Of a DNA stretch of 64,000 nucleotides, positions 11,940 through 25,935 are shown piece after piece (position 1 is the stretch's first letter; every line of letters begins with the position of its first letter). This stretch comes from Lama glama (taxonomy: Eukaryota), in NCBI GenBank assembly GCA_028534125.1, contig CM052817.1, forward strand, positions 58,654,001-58,718,000, written 5' to 3'. The translations under genes were made by a program, and so were the position numbers. The notes under the pieces were generated by a model. The model saw nothing but the letters and a program-made list of their open reading frames with translations, was not told the origin of the DNA and made no database searches.

Positions 11940-13384
11940 ATTTCTGCTTGTATCCCCTGACATAGCCTGGGCCAGGATACTTTTTGTATCAGAACTACTT
12001 ATGATCTCAGTTTTCTCCTTTGCCCAGGTTTCTGGCTACTGTGTAGAATTTTCAAAACTGGGTTGAATTTTAACATATTATAAATCAAGTAGAAACTGTA
12101 TTATCTCTATTTTGAGGTTTGTTCTGGTACTCTGGAAGTGTGTCTGGCTCTCATTTGTCCTCAAAATAACCAAAAGTTCAGTAGAAAGAATGTGATTTCT
12201 CTTGCCAGTTAGCTTCTATGACTTGTCCAGTGAATGAGAATTGGAAGAGGAGTCATAAATGTGAACTTCGTGTGTTTAATGTACATGACTGCTGTCCTTT
12301 GTGCATTGCTTCTTCCTGAATGTTGGCTTTTTTAATGTTTGTTTTCCACCTTAAACGGTAATGCTTGGCATTAGTGCTCAGTGAACATTAATTACTCCAC
12401 CCCACCAGCATTTATTGGCCTAATTTATTAATAGTTTATTGCTCCTCACCAACTTTATTTAAAACATCTTTAAACAAAGTTCATTTTGAAAGCAAAATGC
12501 CACATTTTCTATTTTTTAAATAGTAATTACATTTAAAAATGTTATTAAAATTCTTAGTATTTTTTTCTCTGCCAGGAACAAGTTAGATAGGAAATGTGGG
12601 TTGTTTTGTTCTTGGTCCTTTTATATGCTGAAACTCTAATTCCTTGACTGGGTTAGCTCTGTGGCGCCATCTTTGTGCCTGTTGGGTTTCAGTTGATCTT
12701 AGGGAGATAGGGAATAAAGAGGAAACTAGCAGGAACCCAGAGGCAAAATAGGTTTAGAAATAATGACCCCAAGGATGAACCAATATCTGGATTGTACAGG
12801 AAGCCAGTCTGTTTCAGGTAAACATCAGAGTCTGAAAGGGAAGGAGGAGGAACCTTGGGGTGCTAAATGGTTCTTGGCTTTGAATAAACAAAGACGACTG
12901 GGAACTGGTCTGACATGTCTGATTGTCAGAATTGTTAGGACACAAAATGGGAAATAGCAAGAAGTAGGATGAACTTCAGGGAGAATGGCTCTTGGAGGAG
13001 AGCAAGAGAAGCATGAAGGAAGGACACTGACTACTGACAGGTAAGGGTGGGAATTCTTAGGGAATTAGTATCTAAAGGGAAAGGGTCATGGAAAGAACCT
13101 TCCTTGTTTACTGAAAACAATGCCTAATCACAAATCTGCCATTCCATCTTTATTAATCCCATGTTCAAAAATAAGTTTCATAGTAACTATATGCACACTT
13201 TATACACTATCCAAGAGATGTGTATGAGGAGATTTCTCCCTAATAGGCTATGCAATCGCTTGTGTCTTCAGGGAAAAAAAAAATATCCCAAAGTAAGAAT
13301 AAGATTTTAGGTTGGCTGAACATCTGAAGACTATTTCTAGACTTTGTAAGTTCAAGAGGATGACATCTCTTAGAAAGTCAGCAT

Positions 13385-13600
13385 AGGTTAAAAATTAAGT
13401 GTGGGTCCTTTGGAGGTGCACATGACAGTTTTCAAAACCCAGTTCTCCACCATCTATTATTTGTGTGACCTTAGGCAAATTACATAACACCTCATTTCCT
13501 CAGTTTTTTCATCTGTGGTCTAGAGGTAATAGCATTTATACAGCTGTGGTGCATATTAAATGAGTCAATGAAAAAGTGCTTATAACAGTGTAGCTGTTAG
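13385..13600 (+). mobile_element. MIR SINE fossil
   Basis: tgtgtgaccttaggcaaattacataac...cctcagttttttcatctgt (MIR core). Confidence 0.8.
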
Positions 13601-14619
13601 CTGCCCAAGTGAGCCCTTCTCTGATTTCAGGAAATCTGCTGCTTTTAAGATTTCCAGGTCTTTGATCTGCTGGAATGAAGTTGGTCTTCAGGAGAAATTG
13701 GTAATAAACTAAGAGGCCTCTTACCAGTGTTGCCTAAGACTGTCTAAAGCATTCTTCAAATGTAAAGTATTATTAACCTTTGTTCATATTTGAGATTTTA
13801 ATGTAATTTTGCTTTTAATATTTAAGATGTGATTTAAAATTTTTAAGATTTGGTACATTTTTATGAGTAATCTTTTTGTCTCAGCATTAAAATACTAGAG
13901 GATTGATGTAATATAGAACTTTTCTTAAATCTTATTATATCTAATGTATTTTTTTCATACTTATTCTTTCTTTTCTTTGGCTGGTTTTTCCATTATGCCC
14001 TTTGTTTATCTGGCCAAGCAACATGGTACAAAATCTTTAAAACAAATCTTCTAAATTTTCTTAACAGTATGAATATATTTCAAGAGAGTGTACATTATTT
14101 GCCTCTCTCTAGGCATAAAATCTGTTGTATCAGTTTTTTAAAATTCTAAAATTATTACTGCAATCCATCAGGGAAACTTAACTACCGATGAGTCTAATAA
14201 CATTACTTAGTATCTTGGAGCTGAATGGTAATAATATAAAATGCATTCTTTTATGTGTTCAGTACTCTTGAGCCCTAGCCAAACCTTGCAAGATTTTGTA
14301 AATTTTTCAAGCAGTCTATATGACCTCATATATTATTACATATTAGATGTTCTCCAAGATACTGTTATAAATCATGTCATTATTCACATCTCCTTTCCAG
14401 TAATATATATATAAATTGAGATATATGTGGCAACTGGATATTACTAAATTAATATTATACTTCAGAGTTCTTGAACACTTGCTTAACCATGCATGATAAA
14501 AAAAATTTTTTTTTTCCTAAGTCCTGGGCATTGACTCATATTTTACAACAGTTACTGGCAGTAACAAGTGTTGGTACTATTGAAGACAGTCTCTGTTGTG
14601 GGAACTACTTTGCCCTCAC

Positions 14620-15255
14620 TGTTCTTGCATATCAGCCTCCTGATTCTTTCTTGAACACACAAAGCATACTCCTTCCTTCTGGTTATTTGCTGTAAGCTAC
14701 TGTCTCAGACCAGTACACTCTTCCCCGTTGATGTGGTTACTACCTTCTGTCCTTCAATAATTTGCTCAAATGTCACTTTCTGAAATTCCTCTACTCTACC
14801 CTATTGAAAATAGCAATCTGGCACCCACATCATATGTCCTATTACCATTATTCTGCTTTCTTTTTTCCATAGCACTTACTATGTTCTAATACACTTTTTA
14901 CCTATTTATAAGATGGTAGTTAATATCTTCCCAGTCCAGCCAATATGTAAGTGCTAAGAAGCAAAGATAGTTACTTTATTCAGCAATGTGTCCCTAGTTT
15001 CCAGGCAAGGGGTCAGCAAACCTTTTCTATAAAGTGTCAGATAATGAATATTTTATGTGCTGTGGTCCATACAGTGTCTCAACCAAACCATGATGTTGTG
15101 GACTGAAAGCAGGTATAGACAGTATGTAAATGATGAATGTAGCTGTGTTTTATTAAAAATGGTATTTACTGGAATAGATTGTAGGCTAGATTTCGCTGCA
15201 GTTTGCTAATGTCTGGCACGTAAGTTCTTAATAAATATTAGAATAAATGAAACAA
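14620..15255 (+). mobile_element. L2 3' end fossil, interrupted by MER58A
   Basis: L2-like ctcaaatgtcactttc...ttccatagcacttact...tgtaagtgct; terminal tggcacgtaag...aataaatatt.gaataaatgaa. Confidence 0.7.
15006..15217. mobile_element. MER58A-like hAT-Charlie DNA transposon
   Basis: 5' caaggggtcagcaaaccttttct.taaag.gtcagata.tgaatatttt and 3' gcagtttgctaa..tctg matching recalled MER58 termini. Confidence 0.8.
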
Positions 15256-16699
15256 ATATATTAAAATTAAACATGTTTAAAATGTAAATGTAAATTACCT
15301 GACAAGTTTACCTTTTCTTTCACTCTAAAATTGAGTCATTTCTTAATTAAAATATTTACTTTGGCCTTACTGCCATCTTAAGAGTTCCTCATTATATTAA
15401 AACTAAAATATATTCTTATACATGGCAGTAACTGGAATATAATGGACTTATTTGAATTTTAATGAGGAGTAAAAGGTTGTCTGGGCCAAACAACAGCAAA
15501 ACCCTGAGTTCAAGATTAGTATGAAATATGTTGGTTAGTTTTTATTTTTTAATTTAATTAAAACAACAGAAGTATTTCTTCAATATCTTAAGACACCGAT
15601 TTCTATAATGTGTAATGTTCTTTCTTCAACTGAAAATGAGAGGCTTTCCCATTTCTCGAGTTAGATATTAACCCAGAATGGTGACAGTGTACTTGCAGCT
15701 CTTAATTCCTCACTCTGGAACACGTTTCTAAGCAGCAACACAAGATGTGGACTAGTTCATGTCGTAGTGCTACAGGCCTATTTAAAGGTGTTATTTTTGA
15801 GTGTTATTGATCCTAAGTGTTCAGCATGGAAAGATGAAAAGTAGCTTTGTCTAGTTACAGAACACTGAATACTACAACAAACTGAAGTATTCTTCAGTCA
15901 CCTTGAAGTGGAAAATTAGTTCACCATCACAAATGTCTTCTGAAAGTCATTGGATCACTTTGTTTCTGATAACCTTTAAAGACTTCTTTATTGACCAAGA
16001 AATTTAAGGTAGCTGTATACTCGTTGTGAATAGGAATATGTATGTTTGTGCATGGAAACCTTTCAGAATGATAGTGAAACTTTTTCCTCTTAGAGAAGAA
16101 AGCATCAGTTACCACAGTAGGAGATGTAAAAAAAAAAAAAATTGGAGTATGTCATCTATCCTCACAGAATCTGTTTGCTGTCTTTGAAATAGAATTATTT
16201 TTATGGGAATCTGTTAACATTGTTATTGGAACTTGCCTATCAGAGAAATTAATTTTGGCATTTAGATTGTATCAAGATCAGACTGAGAATAATTGAAGCA
16301 TATCATTTTTGAACTGCTAAAAGCTATTAGGTTTAAAGTTTTAGAATGGTAATATATAAAATACAAAAGAAATTTTCAGAAATAATTCATTACAGTCAGA
16401 CCTGAGATGAAGGAATTCTTTCCTATGATGTCAACAAAAGAGATATTGATTAATTCTTAGATGTGGAAGAATCCTTTACCCATGAATACTATATTACATA
16501 ATTTGTTTTGACAAATTCTTTGGCACAGGTTTATTACATATGCTCTTAAATAATAAAAGAATTATCTATCATGATTACTGAGTTTTATTTTGGTTTAATT
16601 TTTCCTAATAGGGTACTTTATTCCTTTTGATACTTACTCCCACGTTTGTAATACACAACTGAATTGATTACCCATATTTTAACTGCTATTACAGAGCTT

Positions 16700-16930
16700 T
16701 TATTTAATCATTTGTTTAATCATTATCATACCCCAAGACTTATTGAATATTTGTTAGGATTGAAGAATCAAAAGAATAAGGTGATTCTTGTACTTAAACC
16801 ATTATAGTCTAGTGGGAAATAGAAATATATATTAGTAAATAAATTATTTCAATTCAGTGTGAGGAATGTTGGGGCAGAGTGTGTATGGGCTATGTGGGCA
16901 CACCATTAGTGGAGCATCTAATACAGCCCG
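16700..16930 (-). mobile_element. L2 fossil
   Basis: ttattgaatat...tagtctagtggga...ttcagtgtga...gggctatgtggg...gcatctaa pattern of the L2 3' region. Confidence 0.55.
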
Positions 16931-17611
16931 TTACAGTGTCTGTTTGGTTCTGATGGGGCGAACTTGGCACTTAGCATCTGAGAAGACTTCCTCTATCTCT
17001 CACTTTTCCTCCTCACTGTAAATTATTTCGCTCATCATCTGGAGATATTTTTTATTGCCTTTCATTCTGTTTCCTGTATGAAATCTAAAATTTTAATGAT
17101 TTTAATTACATTTCTCATTTTTCAGTTTTTTCTCATTGAATGCTCTCCATCTTTCCTATTAGAAACTTTCTGTAGTCCCATCTATTATAGGATAATATTT
17201 GCTTCACAAGGCTCAATCTTTGTCATCAGTATTTCCTTTAACTTTCTTAGTTGAACATATTTTAAATAGAAACTTATGTATACGTTAAAAAAACAAAGCA
17301 AGGAAAAAGGGGGAAAAGTAGAAAGAATTCTATAAAATATAAAAATTATTATTCAAATCAAGTGGGCACGGTGGGCATCCAGTGTTTTCATGGATCTTTC
17401 CGTAATTTTTTTTTCAGATTTTGTTTTGCTTTATTTGTTTTTTAGTTTCTGCCATAGATATGCAGCTTCTATTTTGACTTACTAGATCTTCACTGATAAA
17501 TAATATATGTAAGTATATGTATATACCCCACAATATATTTATTAGATTTAGTATGTGATAGTCGTGTTGTAATTAGGTAAGAGAAACACTTGCCATTCTG
17601 ATTATTGGAAG

Positions 17612-17614
<3 letters not shown>

Positions 17615-17644
<30 letters not shown>
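17615..17644. repeat. (TG)15 microsatellite
   Basis: Perfect dinucleotide run. Confidence 0.97.
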
Positions 17645-17648
<4 letters not shown>

Positions 17649-17753
17649 ATGGCAGATTGCTGTTTTTTTTATGGCAGATTTTACTGCATTTGTAAGTTTT
17701 CTTAACAATCAAAGGAATCAATAATTCATAATTGTATACTTCGTAAGTGTAAA

Positions 17754-17959
17754 TAGTTGACCTTTGAACAACACAGTTTTGAATTGTGTGGATCCGCTTA
17801 TATGCGGTACTTTTTCAGTAAATATATACTACAGGATCCCTGGTTGGTTGAATCTGCAGATACAGAACTGCAGATAGGGAGGGCCAAATGGAGCGTTATG
17901 TATGGGTTTTCACAGGGGAATCAGCAACCCCAACCTCTGTGATGTTCAAGAGTTAGCTG
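17754..17959. mobile_element. Tigger2-derived MITE (MER8/Tigger2a-like, TcMar)
   Basis: Degenerate TIRs (t)agttgacctttgaacaacac... and ...tgttcaagagttagctg followed by TA; internal ggttggttgaatctgcagatacagaac. Confidence 0.85.
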
Positions 17960-19009
17960 TACTATGTGAGGCAGCAGAAACTGGTGACTCTAAAGGTGAG
18001 TGCATAGCAACAGTGAGGGAAATACATCAGTTCCGTGTAAAATGGCACTTAAGTCACTTACATGTAAATTAAGGCTGGAAGTTATAGTGATCCTAAGTAT
18101 AGGCAGCAGTAGGGGGAATATTTAAAAAGTATAAAAGGGTAATGTAATGTAAATAAATTTTCTTTTAAGATACACAGTGAGTGAAATTCCTTTTCTTCAA
18201 GTTTGACAATGTTTCAAAATTCCAAAATCTTTTCTAGCCACCATCATTTAGATGTGCAAGCTTGTCAAAGTTGTCTTAATTTACTTAAAACTCATCGTTG
18301 CTCCTCTGAATTAATGCCTAGCAAAAGACCTAATAATGGTATTAACAGATGATAATATTTTATGGTCCATATGCATGGCCTTTTTATCAATATGATAAAT
18401 ACTTCTGAACAAGATCTCAGAGGAGCAAACTCTGGAGTAAGTAACAAAGGCAAAACTCAAAGGAATTCTATGGGCACATACTTGAAATCCTCAAGATTCT
18501 ACCTGTAATTGAAAATATAGAACTGGAATTGTAAATTCTTACCAAGAATGAGCACTTTGAGCTTTATTTGCCAATCGTTTTGTTAATTGCACTTATGGAG
18601 CCTTACCTGAATTACATGGAAGTCTGTCCAGTCCTCTAAATGATCAGAATTTACCCTTGACCCAGTTCAGCCCATAAGAATCTATGCACTTGTATGTTTT
18701 TTTGACTATTTAAAGAGCTTCTTTTTCCTCTGATTTGATATTTACCATTATTCCGTTTAGCCACTGAATTAGATTGCTCTTTAACTTTGGGGCATGGTGA
18801 ATCTTAAAGTTAAATGTTTTATTTAAAATTTTAATCGCCAGCTTAAATCCGCAGCCCACCTAATAATTGTACATAACTATATGACCTGCCTTTCTGTGCA
18901 CTAATACTGTTTCCTCCCTCTTGATTTGCTTAGCTTCCTTTCTCCAAAACATTCAGAAATTTATTTTATTCTTTAACATACAAATCAATTTCATCAAATC
19001 TTCTGTGAA

Positions 19010-19744
19010 AGACTGGATCAGTCATGGTCCTGTCAATAGACAGGCATCACACAATAATTTGAACAGAAGTTTATGTAAAGAATTACTAACTATATTAGCA
19101 GTTTCAGGTTATGCAGCATTAGCTAGTACATAAAAGAACTCTAAAGAATGCAAGAAATAGCAGCTATACAGAGCAACTGCTCTTCCTGAGACTGAGATAC
19201 AGGAAACACATAGGAGTCCACCCACCCTCAGGTTGAGCACAGCTATGGCTGACTGAATGGTAGAGTCGTCATCAAGATTCTGCACTGGCAGCATTTCCTG
19301 GAAGCTGGCCCTCTGGTACTTGCAGGAACTCTACCCTGTAGAGTGCTGGGGAATGCTGTTCACGGGGAGTATCTTGGTGGAGGTACTCTTCAAGACTACC
19401 TGAGAAGATTGCTGGGGAAATTTTCTTGCCACTGAATTCTACTAGCTTTCATGTGCTGGGGGTCATGGGCAGTGGGGAAACCACGGTGCTGGAAAAGCTG
19501 GATGCTCCTGGAGTTTAGAAAGTTTCTAAAGCATCCAGCTACTCACATGACACAAGCCTGTTGAAAGAACCCATTGGAATCAGGAAGGAAAACACTTTTT
19601 CCTGCAATGTTACTCTAGCACCTTCTACTGATAAAGTATAACATTGTGCTTGCTGCCAAAGGAAGAATATTTAATGTTCCAGCCCCATTTTTTGTACAAC
19701 AATGAAGGGTAAATTTGAACCTGAGACAGTTGACAACTTGCACA
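19010..19744 (-). mobile_element. Old ERV1 LTR, LTR78-like
   Basis: agacag..atcacac..taatttgaacag..., aaagaactctaaagaat...aatagcag.tata..gagca, and 3' ctgcaatgt..ctctagcac.ttctactga.aaag..taacattgtgc...ctg.caaagga match recalled LTR78. Ends in CA. Confidence 0.65.
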
Positions 19745-22700
19745 AAATCCTGTTAGGAATAAACAATTATCTTTGCTTTAATTTAACTATATGTGTCTTG
19801 CAGAATAATACGCTAAGACTTTATGTACCAAAACAAAAAACAAAAGACAACCCTGCTCTTACTATAGAGCAATTCACGGATATGAAGTTTTAAAGCTCCC
19901 TTTGGTTTCTGGCAGATGTAGTTATTTGCCCCAAGGGCTCGTGATTTGAGAGAGACCCTAAGCTGCTTTCAAGATCAAACACCTGTAGTGCAGAGATTTA
20001 GGATGGCTTTGGGCAGGAACAAGAGACAATGCAAATAGCATAAAATAAAAGTCCCAGATTTTTATGACATACAGAGTCAGAACAATAGCAACAGAAAAAA
20101 ACAAGAATTTGAGGTCCTTCTTCTACCTCTGTTCATATCCTGCCACTTTACTGGCAACTTCTCTGTAAGGTTAACTTTTTTTTTTTTTTTGATATAGCAA
20201 AGAAGGAAAAATGATGCTTAGAATGGACGATTTTTGTAAGACACAGTATGTCTCAGAGATGATCATTTTTTCCTAATACAGCCTTCATTTTCAAGAATTT
20301 GAAAATAACAAATCTTAGGGAAAAAAATGAACTCAGTGAACCAAAGCAGTGCTTCTGTAATTTGTTCTACTAATTAATAAGTCCAAGAAAATCAGACAAG
20401 ATGTAAGTGTAAACAAAATCATAATTAAAAATCCAATTTAACATTAAAGCTAAGAATGAATTATTTCTGATCAATAAGTTATTGATCCATTTCATAGGGC
20501 CACTGAGAATTTTCTCTGTGCTTTTGTTTTAACCTTTATTTCTGAAAACACCTTTTTAGCTACATAGGCCAATACCTATAAAGATCATATTTCATGAAGT
20601 AAAGATCTTATGTATTAAAATGAAAACAACCGGGAAATGAATGTATTGGTTCAAACTAAAAGTGTTTGAAAGAACAAGCCTGTATATACTTTGGATAGTT
20701 CTGAGGAGTGATACTTACTGTTTCTAAGTTCTTGTATTTTACTTTACATTTCACAAATGTCAGTCTCTGCATTAGTATGACTTTTATGGTTGTTGAGATA
20801 AGGCTAATTCAAATTGGCTTAGGGAAAATGTATTTGCTAATGAAATCCAAAGAAGAGTATAACAAACCGTGGCAAGGAAGAGATGAAGTCCACTTATTCC
20901 ACTTACACAAATCAGTAAGAAGCCCATCCATCTATGAGATTTTTTAGCGCTATCTTCACCAGCTTTCAAAAGGAGAGTACAGAAAAGTGCATAGTATAGC
21001 TTCTGTCCTCACTGAATTTAAAATATTTACTTCAGCTTAACAAATGTATAGTGAGCTCCTGATACATACTTCACTCTTCAATGAACTGGAGATAAATTCC
21101 TACAGAAATCGTAGCTGATTTCCCAATCTGTTGGTTATGAAATACTTCATGGGTATGTTGGGATTTAATTAGGATATGAGGAGAGGACAGTCTTGAGTTA
21201 CATGATGAGAAGAAGATTGATGCTGGGTTAATAGTGTCAGCTGACATTCAGGTTCAGAAAGGATGTTAGGGAATCTGAAATAAACCAGTTTGGCTGGAAC
21301 GCAAAGCCTAGATACAGGGAGTGTGCTAGAAAGTGCATCTTCCGTGCTGGAATTGGAGCCTAGATTTATTCGAAGTAGTTGTTTGACTCAGACTCTAAAA
21401 GGGAAGATTTCAAGCATTGTTGCTTTGTTATCAGTCGGGTTATATCATAAGCAATTATCCTCTCTGTGCATAAGGTCACTGTTTACATTGCTGTTCTATT
21501 TTAGGCAGACTTGTGTTTCTTACTGCCAGAGAATTACAGCAAGATTTTTTAAAGGTCCACTCCAGTGTTTCAGCCTAGAACAGTGTCCTGAGTTCTCTGA
21601 GTTCTCTTGATGAACATATGGGCCAAGGAGTCAGCTTGTTCTGTCCTTTAAGCCCTCTTTCCTAGGGGTGCTTCCTCTCCCACACTCGGTTGTGCATGAA
21701 AGCCGCCTCTTTACCCCTTTTCTGATGGCTAAATAGGAACATTCAGATTTGTTATTTAAAAATTGCGATGTTCATTTTGGGGTTGTTACTGTTATCTCTA
21801 GGATTATTACTTTTGCTTTCTTTCCCTTGAGATCTCATGGTACCATGTTACTTTTTACCACTGTTCCTGCTCACTGTATCCTTACTGAGGACAAGGGACA
21901 AAGCATCATTTGGGAACTCCACTACTTACCTGCCCAATCAATTAATGTTTTTAATTTTAATTTTTGGAATAAGCCTAGCTTTTGGCATGAATGCAGAACT
22001 ATTAAAAATAAATATTTTGTTTATATCATTTACTCTAGCAAGAATTAAGGCAAAAGGAAAAGTCTGGAAAACAAATTTAGATATTAAATATTAACTGGTT
22101 TCCACTGTGAACATTTTTTAGCATTTTTCTGTGTTATGATCATTATTCAGAGAATGCTTAAATAACTTTTACTTAAAATTATTTTTCTACCAGCTTTCTA
22201 ACCCTAAAATGTTAGAAAAATTATTCTTTTTCTCTTAGAGATATTTATTAACTGAGTAATATCTTTATGCTTCACTATTGATAGATGTCTATTTACAAAC
22301 TCCAGATCTGGAAATAAACAGTTATTTGGAAACACTATATGAAGAGAAAGGCAATGTGTTTGAGTCAGGCAAAACATACTTATTTGATGTGATGTTTAAA
22401 TATTTGTCTGCTTTTTGCCTCATCTTCATCTATGATGTAAATAATATCATACTGATTAATTCAACATTTTTTAGCAGTTGATTTATGTAGGAACTATGAT
22501 AAGCAACAGCCAATGAATGTAGAGAAAAGACAAAACATGATCATTACATAACGCTCATAACGCTACTTTTCAAATTAAATTACATAACCTATGCAAAATA
22601 CTAATTCGGTCTATGTCCAACTAAATTTGATTATTTCCTCTTTATTTCTCTAATGTTAATTCTAAAATACTGCTCCTTGCTGATTAGCCACATTAGAACT

Positions 22701-23059
22701 TCTTTGTTGTGTTGTGTTTGGATAAACTAATGCTGATTTCTAATTTCCAGTGCATTTGGGTTACTTAGAAATGTCATTGTTGCAGTTACTAGTTTGCAAG
22801 ACTATTTTACAAGAGAATTTAATATCTGGAAAATAAAATAGAAATCCTTTAAAATGCTTAAAATTACATTTAAACTTTAAAGTCTTTAACTTATAGGTTC
22901 TCTTTAACAACATATAAAATGATTTTGAAATTTCAAAAATGAATGTGACAGGATGAGTTCTGTGGAGAATTAAGTATATTAAGTTTGTTTATTCCTCTGG
23001 GGTACCATGTCATGTTTTATAACATACTATAATTAGGGAAATAACCATATTCCTAGATC

Positions 23060-23300
23060 TAAATGCAGTATGGTGAAGAATTCTGAATTAGCAAGAGTGT
23101 TAAATCTATCCCTATTTCTAATTTATATTGGTTAATAGCTTGCAACTCTAGGTAATTTTATCTCTATTTCCTCAATTTCCATCTGTAAAATGGAAATAAT
23201 GGTATCTCTTCATGCTTCATAGGGTTGTTATGCTCTTGAACATAGCTGTCTGCATTATCTGAGCAAAGCTGAAATAAATAGTAACCTCAATAAAGTGCTT
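23060..23300 (+). mobile_element. MIR SINE fossil
   Basis: cctcaatttccatctgtaaaatggaaataat...cttcatagggttgtt. Confidence 0.8.
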
Positions 23301-24807
23301 TCATAAATGGCTAAAGTAAGAATGGAAGGCTCAGTGGCAGAGAACACTAGGCTTTCTGCCTCCTGGATACAGACACTAATGGCTATTTAGATCAAAGTGA
23401 GACAGTCTGTACATAGAGACCCTACAACTTCAGTAGGAGTATGCATAGGTTAAGCATTTTCAGTTTGCGTTTTATACAAATTAAGTTATTTTAAGGAAAC
23501 TAAATACACTATATTTAGAGATACTGCTGTTGGTAGCATTTCATTTATTAATACATGGAATAAATACATGTTGAAGTGATTTTTCCACTTCAAAGTGATA
23601 TCTGTAAGGAAAAGTTGCATTAAAATTGCATTTCTTATTTCAGCAGATCTGTAGTCGCAGGAGCAAGAGAATATAATCTCATATCACCATATAATTTAGA
23701 AATATGTTATTATGACATTTAATCTATGAAGCACTCTACAGAATTGATACATCTGATACATTTTTCTTAGGAAATGTTCTGTCGTATACATTTGGTTATC
23801 TTCCTTTTCTGCTGTGGATGGAAGGAAGAAAGGGGGAGAAGGGAAGGAAGAAAAGCTGCAAGAAAGTGTATTTGTCGTATTAGGAGGAAAAGGCATCTAC
23901 ATACCGATCTTGGGAAATAGCTGACAAATCAAAAGAAATTTTGGAATGTGTCCATGGTTTTCATAAAGTTGTGGGACTCACTTGACATTAGGCCTTAAAG
24001 AGAAAGTTGCGAATGAAGAGTGAATGTTTAATTTTACTAGTTTAATGTTTGAAGTGGCAGCAGTGACAAGTAACCAGGAAAAATTCATATGACACAGCAC
24101 ACAGACTATTGGACCAGGTCTAGTCCCATCCATTACATACAATTTTTGTGACTCAACAGAATTCACTTAATTTCTCTTTCCCATAATATTCTCGAGTATA
24201 ATTACAGTCTCTTGGGAAAAAGGTATGAAAATATAATTTAGCCATTTTTAACAAATTTCACATTGTGAAGAAAATATTATAGTAGATTCAGTGTAAGTGC
24301 AAATTTTAAAAAGTACATTGACTACATATCTTTATCCGTTTTTTGTGGAGGAAAAGTCTCCTTTTTCAGATGTAACTTTATCATCCATAAAAGACTGAGG
24401 TAAATTTTATAGATTTCTGGTTCATGTAAATAATCAGAATTTATATTAAATTTTGTTCCTTGAGACTTGTTTATATGATTGTTTTCATGCTGTTCAAAAC
24501 AGTAATTGAGTATTTTTCATAAAATTTGAGCTTCAATTTTATTTTTCTCCCTCACATTCAAGTTCATGTAACTGTTCTTTGCAGCAGTTCTCAAATCATT
24601 TTTCTGTTCCATGTTATGTGGTATAAATTTTATTTCATATAAAATGCAGCAACAGATTGAGTTAGAGTACCAATTCTAAACTTCTGTTTAATGTTGCTTT
24701 TTAGAATCTGTACATACTTAAGTCTTGTTATCAGATTAGAAAGTAGACTGAAATGACAATGTATCTTTGTTATTGTTGAAATGAATGTATAGTTATTTTT
24801 AACATAG

Positions 24808-24860
24808 ATTTTATTTCATATACATGGTTTGGTCCTCAGATAGTGAAAGACTTCGCTAAG
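24808..24860 (+). CDS. Candidate 53-bp internal coding exon of an unidentified large-intron gene: (x)FISYTWFGPQIVKDFAK
   Basis: Acceptor ttatttttaacatAG and donor AAG|gtattt. Only one frame is open (phase 1 in, phase 0 out). Lies in non-repeat sequence, and the translation is protein-like. Confidence 0.6.
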
Positions 24861-24984
24861 GTATTTGTATTTTAAAATGTGTTATGTTTTTAATCAAACT
24901 GCATTGAATTTGAATAATAAATGCTACAGTGGGTTTGAGGCAAGAAAATGTGAAACTTTGCATCAAAATTAAGTTTTATACTTT

Positions 24985-25935
24985 GAGTACTGTCAAGAAA
25001 ATGAAAAGATAACCCATTGTAGGAGAGAAAATATTTGCAAATCATACATCTGATAAGGGATTTGTATCTGGAATATATAAAGAAATCTTACAGTTCAATA
25101 ATAAGAGAACCCAATTTTAAAATGAGCAAAGGATTTGAATACATATCTCTCAATAGAGGGCATACAAATGGCCAATAAGCATATGAAAATAATGCTCGCC
25201 ATCATTAGTCATTATGGAAATGCAAACCAAAACCACAGAGATACCACGTGACACCCACTAGAGTGTTATATTTAAAAAAAAAAGGATAGATAATTAAATA
25301 TTGACAAGGATGTAGAGAAATTAGCATCCTCATACAGTACTGGTGGGGTTGAAAAATGGTACAACAGTTCAGAAATGGTTTGACAGTTTTTGAAAATTAA
25401 GTATGCAATTGCCATGTGAGACAGTAATCTCCTAATTATATACCCAAGAGAACTGAAAATACATATCAACCAAAAACCAGTGTTCATAGCAACATTAGTT
25501 ATAATAACCCAAAGTGGAATTAACCCAATTGTCCATCAGCTGAAGAATGGATAGACAAATGTGGTATATTCATATAGTAGAATTTTACACAGCCATAAAA
25601 AGTAATGAAGGACTGATGCATGCTACAGCATGGATGAAACATGAAACAGTTAAGTGAAAGAAGGCAGACACAAAAGGCCATATATTGTGTTATTCCAGTT
25701 AAATGAAATATCTAGAATAAGCAAATCCATTTTTAGGTTAGTGGTTGTGAGAGGATGCAGGGATGGAGAATACAGCTGATAGAATGGAGTGTTTCTTCAG
25801 AATGAGAAAAATGATCTGAAATTACCTATTCCAGATGATGATGGTTGTATAACTCTATAGTAAAATCCACTGAACTTTGAAAGGGTGAATTTTATGGTGT
25901 ATGAGTCATAAACAATTACAAAATAAGAATAATAA
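24985..25935 (+). mobile_element. Old LINE-1 (L1MB-type) ORF2 3' end plus 3'UTR
   Basis: gaaaatgaaaaga.aaccca...gagaaaatatttgcaaatcatacatctgataaggg...; 3'UTR cacaaaaggccatatattgt..., aaaagggtgaattttatggt.t.tga; A-rich tail. Confidence 0.88.

Noticed and set aside
12662..12680. CTCF-like ggcgccatctttgtg (also ctaggtggca at 32873)
   Set aside because: Only half of the core motif matches.
17645..17680. Micro-duplications (ttttatggcagatt twice; similar at 22547, 30490 and 57133)
   Set aside because: Ordinary slippage duplications with no evidence of function.
22278..22481. Protein-looking ORF (DVYLQTPDLEINSYLETLYEEKG) after a possible acceptor
   Set aside because: No convincing GT donor and no recognisable homology.
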